Of a stretch of 64,000 nucleotides of DNA, positions 55,517 through 64,000 are shown piece after piece; position 1 is the first letter of the stretch; every line of letters begins with the position of its first letter. Where the stretch lies: NCBI GenBank assembly GCA_035484815.1, contig DATHOO010000046.1, positions 3,850 to 67,849 on the forward strand, written 5' to 3'. The stretch comes from Candidatus Acidiferrales bacterium. Its GTDB lineage: Bacteria > Vulcanimicrobiota > Vulcanimicrobiia > Vulcanimicrobiales > Vulcanimicrobiaceae. The notes beneath the pieces are model-generated. The model had not been told where the DNA came from and did no database searches. It was given only the letters and a program-made list of their open reading frames with translations. The position numbers and the translations under genes were made by a program.

Positions 55517-56380
55517 GTGCGCGTCCGCCGCCGGTTAGTTGCGGCGCTGCTCGCGACGGCGTTGGTTGCGCTGCTCGAGTTTTGGGGTGGCGTGGCCTCA
55601 CGGAGCCTCGCATTGACCAGCGATGCCGTTCACGTCTGCACCGATGTGCTTGCGCTTGCCCTCGCGCTGTTGGCGGCGATCGGCTCCGCCCGGCCGGCCG
55701 ATCCTCGGCGCACGTTTGGCTACGGCCGGATCGAGGTGCTCGGGGCGCTCGTCAACGGAAGCCTCTTATTTGTCGCGACGATCGCGATCGTCTATGAGGC
55801 CGCGCGACGCTTCGCGCTGCCGGTAGAGCCCGGAACGAGCCTGATGATCCTCGTCGCCGCCATCGGGCTTGCGATCAACGGGGGCGTGGCGCTGCTGTTG
55901 CGCGCCGACGGCAGGCGCGATCTCAACGTGCGGGCGGTGCTCTTTCACGTCTTCGGCGATGCACTTGGCGGAGCGGCGGTCATACTTGGCGGCGTCGCGA
56001 TTGCCGTGACGCGGGCCGCGTGGATCGATCCCCTGCTCTCGCTCTTCGTCGCCGGCATCATCGTCGTTGGCGTCGTTCGCGTGCTCCGCGATGCCACCGA
56101 CGTGCTGCTCGAAAGCGTACCCGGCGACGTCGACGCTCGAAATCTCACGGGTCATCTCGAAAAGATCGCCGGCGTTTGCGGCGTTCACGATCTTCACGTC
56201 TGGTCGATCGGCAGCGGGTCGCGCGCGCTTTCGGCGCACGTGTTGCTCGACGACCGGCGCCTGAGCGAAGCGGCCGACGTGCTGCGCGAAATCACCGAGT
56301 GCGCGCAGGAGCACTTTAGCATCGCGCACGTGACGATTCAGTTCGAATGCGATAGTTGCCCGATCCCGCTCCGGCACTGA
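55517..56380 (+). CDS. Cation diffusion facilitator (CzcD/ZitB-like) transporter
   Basis: Start moved to GTG 55517. SLALTSDAVHVCTDVLAL, HVFGDALGG, and a C-terminal HDLHVWSIGSG domain. Confidence 0.88.
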   Translation: MRVRRRLVAALLATALVALLEFWGGVASRSLALTSDAVHVCTDVLALALALLAAIGSARPADPRRTFGYGRIEVLGALVNGSLLFVATIAIVYEAARRFALPVEPGTSLMILVAAIGLAINGGVALLLRADGRRDLNVRAVLFHVFGDALGGAAVILGGVAIAVTRAAWIDPLLSLFVAGIIVVGVVRVLRDATDVLLESVPGDVDARNLTGHLEKIAGVCGVHDLHVWSIGSGSRALSAHVLLDDRRLSEAADVLREITECAQEHFSIAHVTIQFECDSCPIPLRH

Positions 56381-56435
56381 TCCCGCTCAGGCACAAAGGA
56401 AGTTTGAATGCGGCGCCTGGAAATGAACGGATGCT

Positions 56436-57770
56436 ATGAAAAAAGACTCCAAAGCCGTCGTCCTCGGCCTGGCCCGGACGCCCTTCGGCAAGCTCGGGGG
56501 AGCGCTCGCTCCGCTTTCGGCTACGACGCTCGGCGCCGTCGCTTTGACGGCTGCGATCGAGCGCGCCGGCGTCGACCCTTCGGATATCGAACACGTGACG
56601 TTCGGCGAAGTGCTGCAGGCCGGTGTCGGCCAGAACCCGGCGCGGCAAGTGCTTTTCAAGTCGGGACTGGCAAAAACGGTGACGGCCGATACGGTCAACA
56701 AAGTCTGCGCCTCGGGGATGCTGGCGATTGTCAATGCGATGCGCTCGATCAATGCGGGTGCCAATGCGCTGATCGCGGCCGGCGGCATGGAGTCGATGTC
56801 GAACGCGCCATATCTCTTACGCGACGCGCGCTTCGGCTATCGCTTCGGCGACGGCGCGCTCATCGACGCGATGATCTACGACGGGCTGTGGGATCAGTAT
56901 TTCCCGATGACGATGGCGACGCAGGGAAGCAAGGTCGCCAACGAGCTGGGGCTTTCGCGCGAAGAACAAGACCACTTCGCCTACGAGAGCCATCGGCGCG
57001 CCGGCGCCGCGCACTCGGCGGGGCAGTTCGAGGACGAAATCGTTCCGGTGAAGGTTGCGACGAAAGCCAAGGACCGGGTCGTCGTCGAGCGCCTGCCGCG
57101 CCAAGGTCGCGTGCGCGTTCCCGCCGGGGTGGGTGCGACGAGCGCCGTCTGGGAGCACGAACCGTCGGAGGAGTTTACGCTCGACTACGCGGCCTACGCG
57201 CCGTTTGTTACCGGCGATCAACCGTACGCGGTGATCGACCGGGACGAAGCGGTTCGCGGCGACGCAAGTCTCGAAGCGATGGCGAAGTTGCGGCCGCTCG
57301 AACGTAATGGCACCGTTACTGCCGGGAACGCGCCCGGCGTGAACGACGGCGCCGCCGCGCTAATCATCGCGGATGCCGAATATGCCGCCGCCCACGGCCA
57401 CGCACCGCTCGCGACGATCGTCGATCACGCGACCGTCGCATGGGACTCGCCCTACATCGCTTTGACGCCGGCGATGGCGGCGCGGAAGCTTCTCGACCGC
57501 ACCGGTCTCACTCCCGGCGACATCGCCGTTTGGGAAATCAACGAAGCCTTCTCGACTGTCGCGATCACCGCGGCGCGCCGGCTCGGTCTCGACGAAGCCG
57601 AAATTAACAAGTTTGGCGGTGCGGTCGCGATGGGGCATCCGATCGGCGCCTCCGGCGCGCGCATCGTCGGCACGGTGATCAACCAGTTGCGCAAACTTGG
57701 CGGAGGGTTGGGCATTGCGGCGATCTGTTCGGGCGGCGGCCAAGGCGACGCACTCCTCGTAGCGGTCTGA
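56436..57770 (+). CDS. Acetyl-CoA C-acetyltransferase (thiolase II) with an internal insertion of about 45 aa
   Basis: 444 aa. VNKVCASGM (Cys), [11 protein letters not shown] and CSGGGQG active-site motifs. Extra segment at about 57075-57230 relative to the roughly 393-aa thiolases I remember. Confidence 0.88.
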   Translation: MKKDSKAVVLGLARTPFGKLGGALAPLSATTLGAVALTAAIERAGVDPSDIEHVTFGEVLQAGVGQNPARQVLFKSGLAKTVTADTVNKVCASGMLAIVNAMRSINAGANALIAAGGMESMSNAPYLLRDARFGYRFGDGALIDAMIYDGLWDQYFPMTMATQGSKVANELGLSREEQDHFAYESHRRAGAAHSAGQFEDEIVPVKVATKAKDRVVVERLPRQGRVRVPAGVGATSAVWEHEPSEEFTLDYAAYAPFVTGDQPYAVIDRDEAVRGDASLEAMAKLRPLERNGTVTAGNAPGVNDGAAALIIADAEYAAAHGHAPLATIVDHATVAWDSPYIALTPAMAARKLLDRTGLTPGDIAVWEINEAFSTVAITAARRLGLDEAEINKFGGAVAMGHPIGASGARIVGTVINQLRKLGGGLGIAAICSGGGQGDALLVAV

Positions 57771-57792
57771 TTTTGTTCATGCCGTTGTTCCC

Positions 57793-58953
57793 ATGATTTC
57801 GTCTGCGGTTGCACAGTTTGAGTTAACCGACGAGCAACGGGCGGTCGGCGCACTGGCGGCTGAGATTGCCGCGCGCGAGATCGCGCCGCACGTCGCGCAG
57901 TGGGATCGCGAGCACGCCTTCCCGCGCCACCTCTATCGCAAGCTCACCGATGCGGGGCTCATGGGAATTCTCGTTCCCGAAGCTTATGGGGGCGCGGGCG
58001 CCGATTATGTCTCGTATGCACTCGCGATTGAAGAGCTCGCGCGTGTCGATGCCGGAACGGCCGTGACGCTCTCGGTTCATTCGATGATATGCTCGGCGAT
58101 CGGCAAGCTCGGCACGCAAGAACAGCAGGAGCGATGGCTGCCGCTCCTAGGAACCGGCGACGTCATCGCGGGCTTCGCGTTGACGGAATCGGACGCCGGA
58201 TCGGACGCCGCGGCGATTCGGGCGACGGCAAAGCGCAGCAGCGGCGGCTACGCACTCGACGGACGCAAGCAATGGTGCACGAGCGGCAGTTATGCCGGCG
58301 TGATCATGGGAATGTTTCGCACCGGCGGTACCGGAGCGCGCGGCGTGAGCGCATTCCTGATCGAGAGCAACCTGCCCGGAATCAGCGTCGAGCGCGTAAC
58401 CGAAAAGCTTGGCATTCACACCAGCAACACCTGTGACTTAGCTTTCGACGGCGTCGAGGTCGGCGAAGACGCGCGTTTGGGGGACGAGGGAGCCGGGTTC
58501 GGCAACGCGATGACGGCGTTGACCGCCGGTCGAATTGGGATCGCCGCGCAAGCGATCGGCATCCTCGCGGCGTGCCTCGACGAGTCGGTCGCATTTGCAA
58601 AGGAGCGCGTTGCCTTTGGCAAACCGATCGGCGCATTCGAGGGCGTTTCGTTCAAGATCGCGCAGATGGCAATGGATCTCGATGCCGCGCGCCTGCTTAA
58701 CTATCGCGCGGCCGCCCTTGCGGACGCCGGCCAAAGCTTCGCACTTGCCGCGAGCAAAGCGAAACTCTTCGCGTCGAGCGCCGCGCGCAAACACGCCGCC
58801 GAGGCGGTGCAGATCCACGGTGGCTACGGATACACCAGCGAGTTTGCGGTCGAGCGTCACTATCGCGACGCGAAGATCACCGAAATATATGAAGGTACGT
58901 CGGAGATCCAACAGCTTATCATCGCGCGCTCGCTACTGGGCCGGCTCGATTAG
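57793..58953 (+). CDS. Acyl-CoA dehydrogenase (short-chain/butyryl-CoA type)
   Basis: 386 aa. [49 protein letters not shown] motifs. Confidence 0.9.
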   Translation: MISSAVAQFELTDEQRAVGALAAEIAAREIAPHVAQWDREHAFPRHLYRKLTDAGLMGILVPEAYGGAGADYVSYALAIEELARVDAGTAVTLSVHSMICSAIGKLGTQEQQERWLPLLGTGDVIAGFALTESDAGSDAAAIRATAKRSSGGYALDGRKQWCTSGSYAGVIMGMFRTGGTGARGVSAFLIESNLPGISVERVTEKLGIHTSNTCDLAFDGVEVGEDARLGDEGAGFGNAMTALTAGRIGIAAQAIGILAACLDESVAFAKERVAFGKPIGAFEGVSFKIAQMAMDLDAARLLNYRAAALADAGQSFALAASKAKLFASSAARKHAAEAVQIHGGYGYTSEFAVERHYRDAKITEIYEGTSEIQQLIIARSLLGRLD

Positions 58954-59045
58954 CCGGCGGTGGATGCCGGTCCCGATGCTATCACCGGCTGCGACTAAAC
59001 TAGCAAGGTCGCCGGCACGCGTCCGAGCGAACGAATAGGCCCGCT

Positions 59046-60215
59046 ATGAATCTCATGGAGTATCAGGGCAAGGAGCTTTTCAAACGCTCCGGCATCGCCG
59101 TCCCGCGCGGCTACCACGCGCGAACGCCCGAAGACGTCGGCGCATTTCTAGCCGAGACGGCCGGTGGATGGGTCGTCAAAGCCCAGGTCTTGATGGGCGG
59201 CCGGGGCAAGGCGGGCAAGATCAAGATGGCGACCGGCGCGAGCGAGGGACGCCGCGTTGCCGAAGCGATCATGGCGACCCCGATGCCGCCGAATCGGCAA
59301 AACCCACAAGGTGAGCCGGTCCGCTCGCTGCTCGTGGAAGAGCGGCTCGACATCGAGAAAGAGGCATACTGCGCGATTACGATCGATCGCGCGGCGCGCA
59401 AACCGGTGATCGTCGTGAGCCGCTTCGGCGGGATGGAGATCGAGGAGGTCGCCGAGCATCACCCCGAGTCGATCGCGAAGTTCTACGTCGACGTCGCGAT
59501 CGGATATTCGCCGTTCATCGGCCGCGAGCTGGCCTTCGAGGCACAACTCGATCCGGGTTATCGCCGAGAGTTCCCCGCAGTCGCTGGAGCGCTTTACGAT
59601 ATATTTTTCCGTTACGGGGCGAAGCTGGTTGAAATCAATCCGCTTGCGCTGACCTCGGATGGGCGGGTTATCGCCTCCGACGCAAAGGTCGAGCTCGACG
59701 ACGATGCGCTCTTTCGGTACCCTGAGTTCGCGCAGTGGCGTGAGGCGCTACCGCTCGACGAAGACGAACTGCTCGCCGCGCAGGCCGGCGTTGGCATTCG
59801 CAACTTCCGGCGCTTCCCCGGGAACGTCGGCACGATGGCCAACGGCGCGGGCCTAGCGATGGCGACGATGGATGCCGTGGCGAACGCCGGCGGTCATATC
59901 GCCGACTTTCTCGATGTCGGCGGCGGCGCGAACGCGCAGCGCGTGCGCAACTGCTACGAACTGGTGGTAAACAATACCGGCGCAGCGGTTTTCTTCATCA
60001 ATATTTTTGGCGGTATCACGCGCGGCGACGAGGTCGCGCGCGGTATCGTCACGGCCCTCGAGCAAACCGCGTCGCGCAAGATTCCGCTGGTGATCCGCTT
60101 GACGGGTACGAATGAAGAAGAAGGCCGGCGAATCCTCGCGGAAGCGGGAATGACGCCGGTCGAAACGATGGACGAAGGCGCGCGTGAAGCCGTTCGCCTC
60201 GCGCAAGGAACGTAA
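59046..60215 (+). CDS. sucC: Succinyl-CoA synthetase beta subunit
   Basis: 389 aa. MNLMEYQGKELFKRSGIAVP and VKAQVLMGGRGKAG motifs. Confidence 0.95.
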   Translation: MNLMEYQGKELFKRSGIAVPRGYHARTPEDVGAFLAETAGGWVVKAQVLMGGRGKAGKIKMATGASEGRRVAEAIMATPMPPNRQNPQGEPVRSLLVEERLDIEKEAYCAITIDRAARKPVIVVSRFGGMEIEEVAEHHPESIAKFYVDVAIGYSPFIGRELAFEAQLDPGYRREFPAVAGALYDIFFRYGAKLVEINPLALTSDGRVIASDAKVELDDDALFRYPEFAQWREALPLDEDELLAAQAGVGIRNFRRFPGNVGTMANGAGLAMATMDAVANAGGHIADFLDVGGGANAQRVRNCYELVVNNTGAAVFFINIFGGITRGDEVARGIVTALEQTASRKIPLVIRLTGTNEEEGRRILAEAGMTPVETMDEGAREAVRLAQGT

Positions 60216-60219
60216 GCGA

Positions 60220-61098
60220 ATGTCGATCTTTTTGGACAAGAACAGCAAGGTGATCGTGCAGGGCATCACCGGCGCCGAGGGCTCGTACCACACCGAGCGC
60301 ATGTTCAAATATGGAACGAATCTCGTGGGCGGCGTGACGCCGGGCAAGGGCGGCCGGCAGACGCCGCAGGGCCTTCCGGTTTTCGATACCGTGCGCGAAG
60401 CCGTCGAAGCGACCGGCGCGACGCATACCTGCATCTTCGTGCCGCCGCCCTTTGCCGCCGACGCGCTCTTTGAAGCCTACGATGCCGGCATCACCCTGGC
60501 GGTGTGCATCACCGAGGGCGTTCCCGTCCACGATACGCTCAAGGTGGTCGGGACCACGCCCGGCATGCGCATCATTGGACCGAACTGCCCCGGACTTGCC
60601 TCGCCGGGGAAGGCGCTTGTCGGCATCATGCCGGGACACGTCTTCAAAGAGGGAGGCGTCGGCGTGATCTCACGCTCAGGAACCCTCACCTATGAGGTGG
60701 TGGACCTTCTGACCCGTGCAGGTTTGGGACAGTCCACCTGCATTGGTGTGGGCGGCGACCCGATCATTGGGACGACCTTCGTCGAATGCCTGCGCGAGTT
60801 CAAAAACGATCCCCAAACCCGGGCGATCGTGATTTGCGGCGAGATTGGCGGCTCCGACGAGGAGGATGCCGCGGCGTTCGTCGCCGAGCACCTCCCCGAG
60901 CTGCCGGTCGTCGCCTTCATCGGCGGCCGAAACGCGCCGCCCGGGAAGTCGCTCGGCCACGCCGGGGCGATCATCTCCGGCAAATTTGGCACCCCCGAAA
61001 GCAAGGTCGCGGCGTTCACCGCCGCCGGCGTTCCGGTCGCGCAACGCCCCTCAGAGATCCCTCAGCTGGTAGCCGAGCGCCTCGCCGTTCGAGCTTAG
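60220..61098 (+). CDS. sucD: Succinyl-CoA synthetase alpha subunit
   Basis: Start moved to ATG 60220 (MSIFLDKNSKVIVQGITG). SRSGTLTYE and the phosphohistidine loop GHAGAII. Confidence 0.95.
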   Translation: MSIFLDKNSKVIVQGITGAEGSYHTERMFKYGTNLVGGVTPGKGGRQTPQGLPVFDTVREAVEATGATHTCIFVPPPFAADALFEAYDAGITLAVCITEGVPVHDTLKVVGTTPGMRIIGPNCPGLASPGKALVGIMPGHVFKEGGVGVISRSGTLTYEVVDLLTRAGLGQSTCIGVGGDPIIGTTFVECLREFKNDPQTRAIVICGEIGGSDEEDAAAFVAEHLPELPVVAFIGGRNAPPGKSLGHAGAIISGKFGTPESKVAAFTAAGVPVAQRPSEIPQLVAERLAVRA

Positions 61099-61277
61099 CG
61101 CCCCCACACCCCGGGGCCGCCAAGCTACCTTAAAAGCACCAAAAGGAACCAATCCGTTCCTGGGGAACACCTTGGAACCAGCGGGTCACTCTGTGAAGCT
61201 CCTGAGGCCATGAGCCTGCGAGCAAGCAGTGTGATCTGTATTTTGATAACTAAAAATCGATAGAGGGTAAACGAACA

Positions 61278-64000
61278 ATGCGTTCACATAGAACCCTCCG
61301 TCACGCGGTCACATCCGCATTGCTACTCGTGGCATTCCTCAGCCAGGGAACATGGGCACTGGCAGGCGTTACGGGTAACATCAGCGGTACGGTAAAGGAC
61401 TCCAACGGCGCTCCGATTGCTGGTGCTCAAGTGCAGGCAGTCGCACCCTCGGGGACCCATACCGCGACGACGGATTCGGGAGGTCACTTTGTGATGCTCT
61501 CGCTTGGCCCGGATACCTATACGCTCACGCTAACCAAGGAAGGGTATCAGGGTATCTCGTTCCCCGGCGTCACCGTCTTCGCCGACCAGACGCAGACGGT
61601 CGCCTATACGATGAGTAAAGCGCTACGAACCATCGCGCACGTTACGTCGTCCAGCGGAGCGTCGCTGGTCAAGTCAGGCGTCGGCGGCGATCTCTACAGC
61701 GTCAACTCGGCACAGGCCGCGGCGGCCCAGGCACTCGGCGGCGGAGGCAACCTCAACAGTGCCTATTCCGCGATGGCCTCGGTTCCGGGTATCCAGACCT
61801 CGCAAGGCGGTATTGGGTGGACCTTCAACGCGGCGTACGTTCGCGGTCAGGACTACTACTACACCGCGTTTGAGTACGACGGTATTCCGGTTAACCGCGC
61901 CTTCGATAACTACAACGCGTCGACCGAGTCGTCGCTTGGCCTCCAGGAGCTTCAGGTTTACACCGGCGGCGGTCCCGCCTCGGTGGCCTCGTCCGGTACC
62001 TCGGGCTTCATTAACCAAGTCATCAAAACCGGCACCTTCCCGGGCTTCGCGACCGCGAACCTCGGCATCGGTACGCCGGCTTACTACCATCAGGCCTCGG
62101 TCGAAGTCGGCGGCTCCACGCCCGACCGTACCTTCAGCTGGTACGTCGGCCTGCTGGGCTTCAATCAGAACTATAACTTCTTTGACAGCACGAACGGTGC
62201 CGGTTACCAGGTGCCGGGCGGCATCTTCTCCGGCAACACCGATGGCGCCGGAATCGGCTACGGTTTCGGCAGCAATCAGGTCCTCAACGTCGGCTTCATG
62301 TGCATCTTCGCCACGTGCCAAGGCGTCAAGCCGATCTGTCAACAGGTCACCTCGAAGTCGTTCAGTTATCCCGACCAGGGCTGCTGGCAATACTACAGCG
62401 GCACGACCGATAATCCGTTCATGATCACCGACCGCGAGAACGTGGTCAACCTGCACATGGCTGTCCCCAAGGCCAACGGTCTGCGGGACGACGTGCAGTT
62501 CTTATGGAGCGGCTCAGCGGTCAACAACACGTTCTATCAGAGCCAGAATGATATGGGTCCGGGCGTCAACCAGTTCATCTACGCGCTCTACGGCACGCAC
62601 TACGCGGCGCCGTCGTGCGGACCCACCGTGGTTGCAAACGGGCCGGGCGGCGCGCCTGGCCTGACAGTGAACGGTTGCAGCGGCGAAGGTCAGATCGCCT
62701 CTTTCCTGCAGCCCCAGCAGTATCTCTTCAACCACTTCTATCCGCCGTCGTATCAGCCGCCGTACATCTGTCCGGCCCAGCCGATCGCGTGCGGAAAGAC
62801 CTACCTCGGCTACTCCGACGGCGTCGCCTATGACCTGCCGTTCGGTTCGTCAGTCTACAGTCAGAAGAACGGCTACCGGGCCCCAGGGGTCTACATGATG
62901 CCGGACACGCCGGCGCACGCGTTCGACGGGCAGCTTCCGCTCAACGACAACTCGATCAACAGCTATCAGAACAACACGGGTGTCACGAAGCTGCAGTACA
63001 CCTACGCGCTCAGTCAGTCGGCATATCTGCGCGCTTACGGCTATACCTTCTACTCCGACTGGCTCCAGCTGAGCCCGACCTTCGCCGCGGCAAGCGAGAA
63101 TGTTCCGAGCACGCCGGCGGGTCAGTACGACCTTATGACGCACACCTCGGGCGGCGCCCTCGACTTCCAGGATCAGATCAACGATCAGAACTTGGTGAGC
63201 CTCGACGGGAACTACACCTCGGCGAGCGTCGTTCGTTTCAACAACAGCTCGGTCTTCAACAACAACTCGCCGATCGGCTACATGGCGAAGACCGGCAACG
63301 GCTTCACCTGCTATGGAAATCAGGCTAACAACCCGACCGGCAAGTTCGGCTATTCGGTACCTTGCCTGACGAGCAGCTACTATCAGGTGACGACCGGCAG
63401 TGCTTGTCCACCGAGCGGTCCGACGACCTGTGCGATTCTAACGCACCCCACCTGGACGAGCAGCGCGGTCGCTGGCCCACAGGCAGGCTTCGGTGCGCCC
63501 GGCTCCCCCGCCGCAAGAGCCGGCGCGAGCTGGGACAGTCTCTGGAACGGCAACGTCACCGGCTCGCTCAATACGGTGAAACCGAGATTCACCAACGCAT
63601 CCTTGAGCGATCAGTTCCGTCCGAGCGACAAATGGCTGATCAACGCCGCGCTTCGCTACGATAATTTCACCTACGACATGCCGAACGTAGCGGGAACGGC
63701 CGACCAGTTCTATGCCAATATGACGGCCAACTTCACCTGCGTCCTGGCCTCGACAAACCAGATCATGACCGCTCCGCTCGGACCGGGCGCGCTCCCGCCG
63801 GCGCCGACGATCTACGTCAACGGCGACTGCAACAAGGCGGCGGCAGCGCTCTTCAAGACGGGACCGAAAACGGGCTGGGTCCACCCCAACGGCACGGTCC
63901 AGGACGGCGTGACGGCTCCGAGCTTTAGCGCGAACTCGCCGGCATCGTACTCGCTCGATTACTGGCAGCCGCGATTCTCGGCGACCTACACGGCCTCGCC
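61278..64000 (+). CDS. TonB-dependent-receptor-like outer-membrane protein with an N-terminal carboxypeptidase-regulatory-like domain (partial; continues past the window end)
   Basis: Absent from the supplied ORF track because no stop is reached. My own translation from ATG 61278 (GAGGG at 61264-61268) stays open for 907 codons. Sequence: MRSHRTLRHAVTSALLLVAFLSQGTWALAGVTGNISGTVKDSNGAPIAGAQVQ..., then a plug-like region ...FEYDGIPVNRAFDNYN...LQELQVYTGGGPAS, then Y/N/G-rich barrel sequence. Confidence 0.8.
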   Translation, partial: MRSHRTLRHAVTSALLLVAFLSQGTWALAGVTGNISGTVKDSNGAPIAGAQVQAVAPSGTHTATTDSGGHFVMLSLGPDTYTLTLTKEGYQGISFPGVTVFADQTQTVAYTMSKALRTIAHVTSSSGASLVKSGVGGDLYSVNSAQAAAAQALGGGGNLNSAYSAMASVPGIQTSQGGIGWTFNAAYVRGQDYYYTAFEYDGIPVNRAFDNYNASTESSLGLQELQVYTGGGPASVASSGTSGFINQVIKTGTFPGFATANLGIGTPAYYHQASVEVGGSTPDRTFSWYVGLLGFNQNYNFFDSTNGAGYQVPGGIFSGNTDGAGIGYGFGSNQVLNVGFMCIFATCQGVKPICQQVTSKSFSYPDQGCWQYYSGTTDNPFMITDRENVVNLHMAVPKANGLRDDVQFLWSGSAVNNTFYQSQNDMGPGVNQFIYALYGTHYAAPSCGPTVVANGPGGAPGLTVNGCSGEGQIASFLQPQQYLFNHFYPPSYQPPYICPAQPIACGKTYLGYSDGVAYDLPFGSSVYSQKNGYRAPGVYMMPDTPAHAFDGQLPLNDNSINSYQNNTGVTKLQYTYALSQSAYLRAYGYTFYSDWLQLSPTFAAASENVPSTPAGQYDLMTHTSGGALDFQDQINDQNLVSLDGNYTSASVVRFNNSSVFNNNSPIGYMAKTGNGFTCYGNQANNPTGKFGYSVPCLTSSYYQVTTGSACPPSGPTTCAILTHPTWTSSAVAGPQAGFGAPGSPAARAGASWDSLWNGNVTGSLNTVKPRFTNASLSDQFRPSDKWLINAALRYDNFTYDMPNVAGTADQFYANMTANFTCVLASTNQIMTAPLGPGALPPAPTIYVNGDCNKAAAALFKTGPKTGWVHPNGTVQDGVTAPSFSANSPASYSLDYWQPRFSATYTAS

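Noticed and set aside
61141-61165. The GGAACC-aatc-CGTTCC hairpin as the sucD terminator.
   Set aside because: It forms only a 5-bp stem and has no U-tract, which is too weak to call. The motif is discussed instead as part of the GGAAC repeat set.

Overview
This is a high-GC (visibly above 60%), very gene-dense chromosomal window. I call about 63 protein genes and found no rRNA, tRNA, CRISPR array, IS element or prophage. All functional calls come from my own reading of the translations against remembered family motifs. No searches were run, so family names need HMM or BLAST confirmation.

Layout:
- 1-5.2 kb: the tail of a division cluster (yggS fragment, sepF, divIVA); leuB behind an unusual 43-bp hairpin leader; and a small flagellar cluster (internally shortened FlgF-like rod protein, flgG, small FlgJ-N-like protein, fliA-type sigma factor).
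- 5.2-19 kb, mostly minus strand: rqcP(yabO)-whiA-gap-pgk-tpiA-gpmI; a divergent PadR regulator plus MATE pump; a Kal-like hotdog protein; a YabN-like methylase-MazG fusion; a PrsA-like lipoprotein; and mfd.
- 19-55.5 kb: a very large envelope-glycan region.
  - MptB/DUF2029-like GT-C enzyme, O-antigen-ligase-like protein, GtrB-like GT2, DUF2079, and an OstA/LptD-like outer-membrane protein with a coupled partner.
  - A roughly 15.5-kb plus-strand operon: deoB, phosphoglycosyl transferase, murJ, GT2, GT9, a 1307-aa AftD-like GT-C protein, two further membrane proteins, a DegT aminotransferase, an oxidoreductase and a GT2.
  - A minus-strand ATP-grasp set and aminotransferase, then an ECF sigma / anti-sigma / exported beta-helix triad.
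  - rmlC and wzx-rmlD-kamD-kamE-gmd-rmd-like-ICMT, with B12-dependent lysine 5,6-aminomutase wedged between deoxyhexose genes.
- 55.5-64 kb: CDF transporter, thiolase, acyl-CoA dehydrogenase, sucCD, and a cysteine-rich TonB-dependent-receptor-like gene that runs off the window and is absent from the supplied ORF track.

General observations:
- Genes are very often joined by 4-nt ATGA/GTGA/TTGA start-stop overlaps.
- Many ORFs in the track are over-extended at the 5' end, and many long antisense or out-of-frame ORFs are GC artefacts.
- Most notable: the leuB leader hairpin with nested coupled mini-ORFs; apparent CTG initiation of pgk and gpmI; kamDE inside a sugar-nucleotide operon; and mycobacterial-style GT-C machinery sitting beside outer-membrane genes in a genome that also carries SepF, DivIVA, WhiA and YabN.
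- I did not find a clear self-contained novel system such as a defence island.
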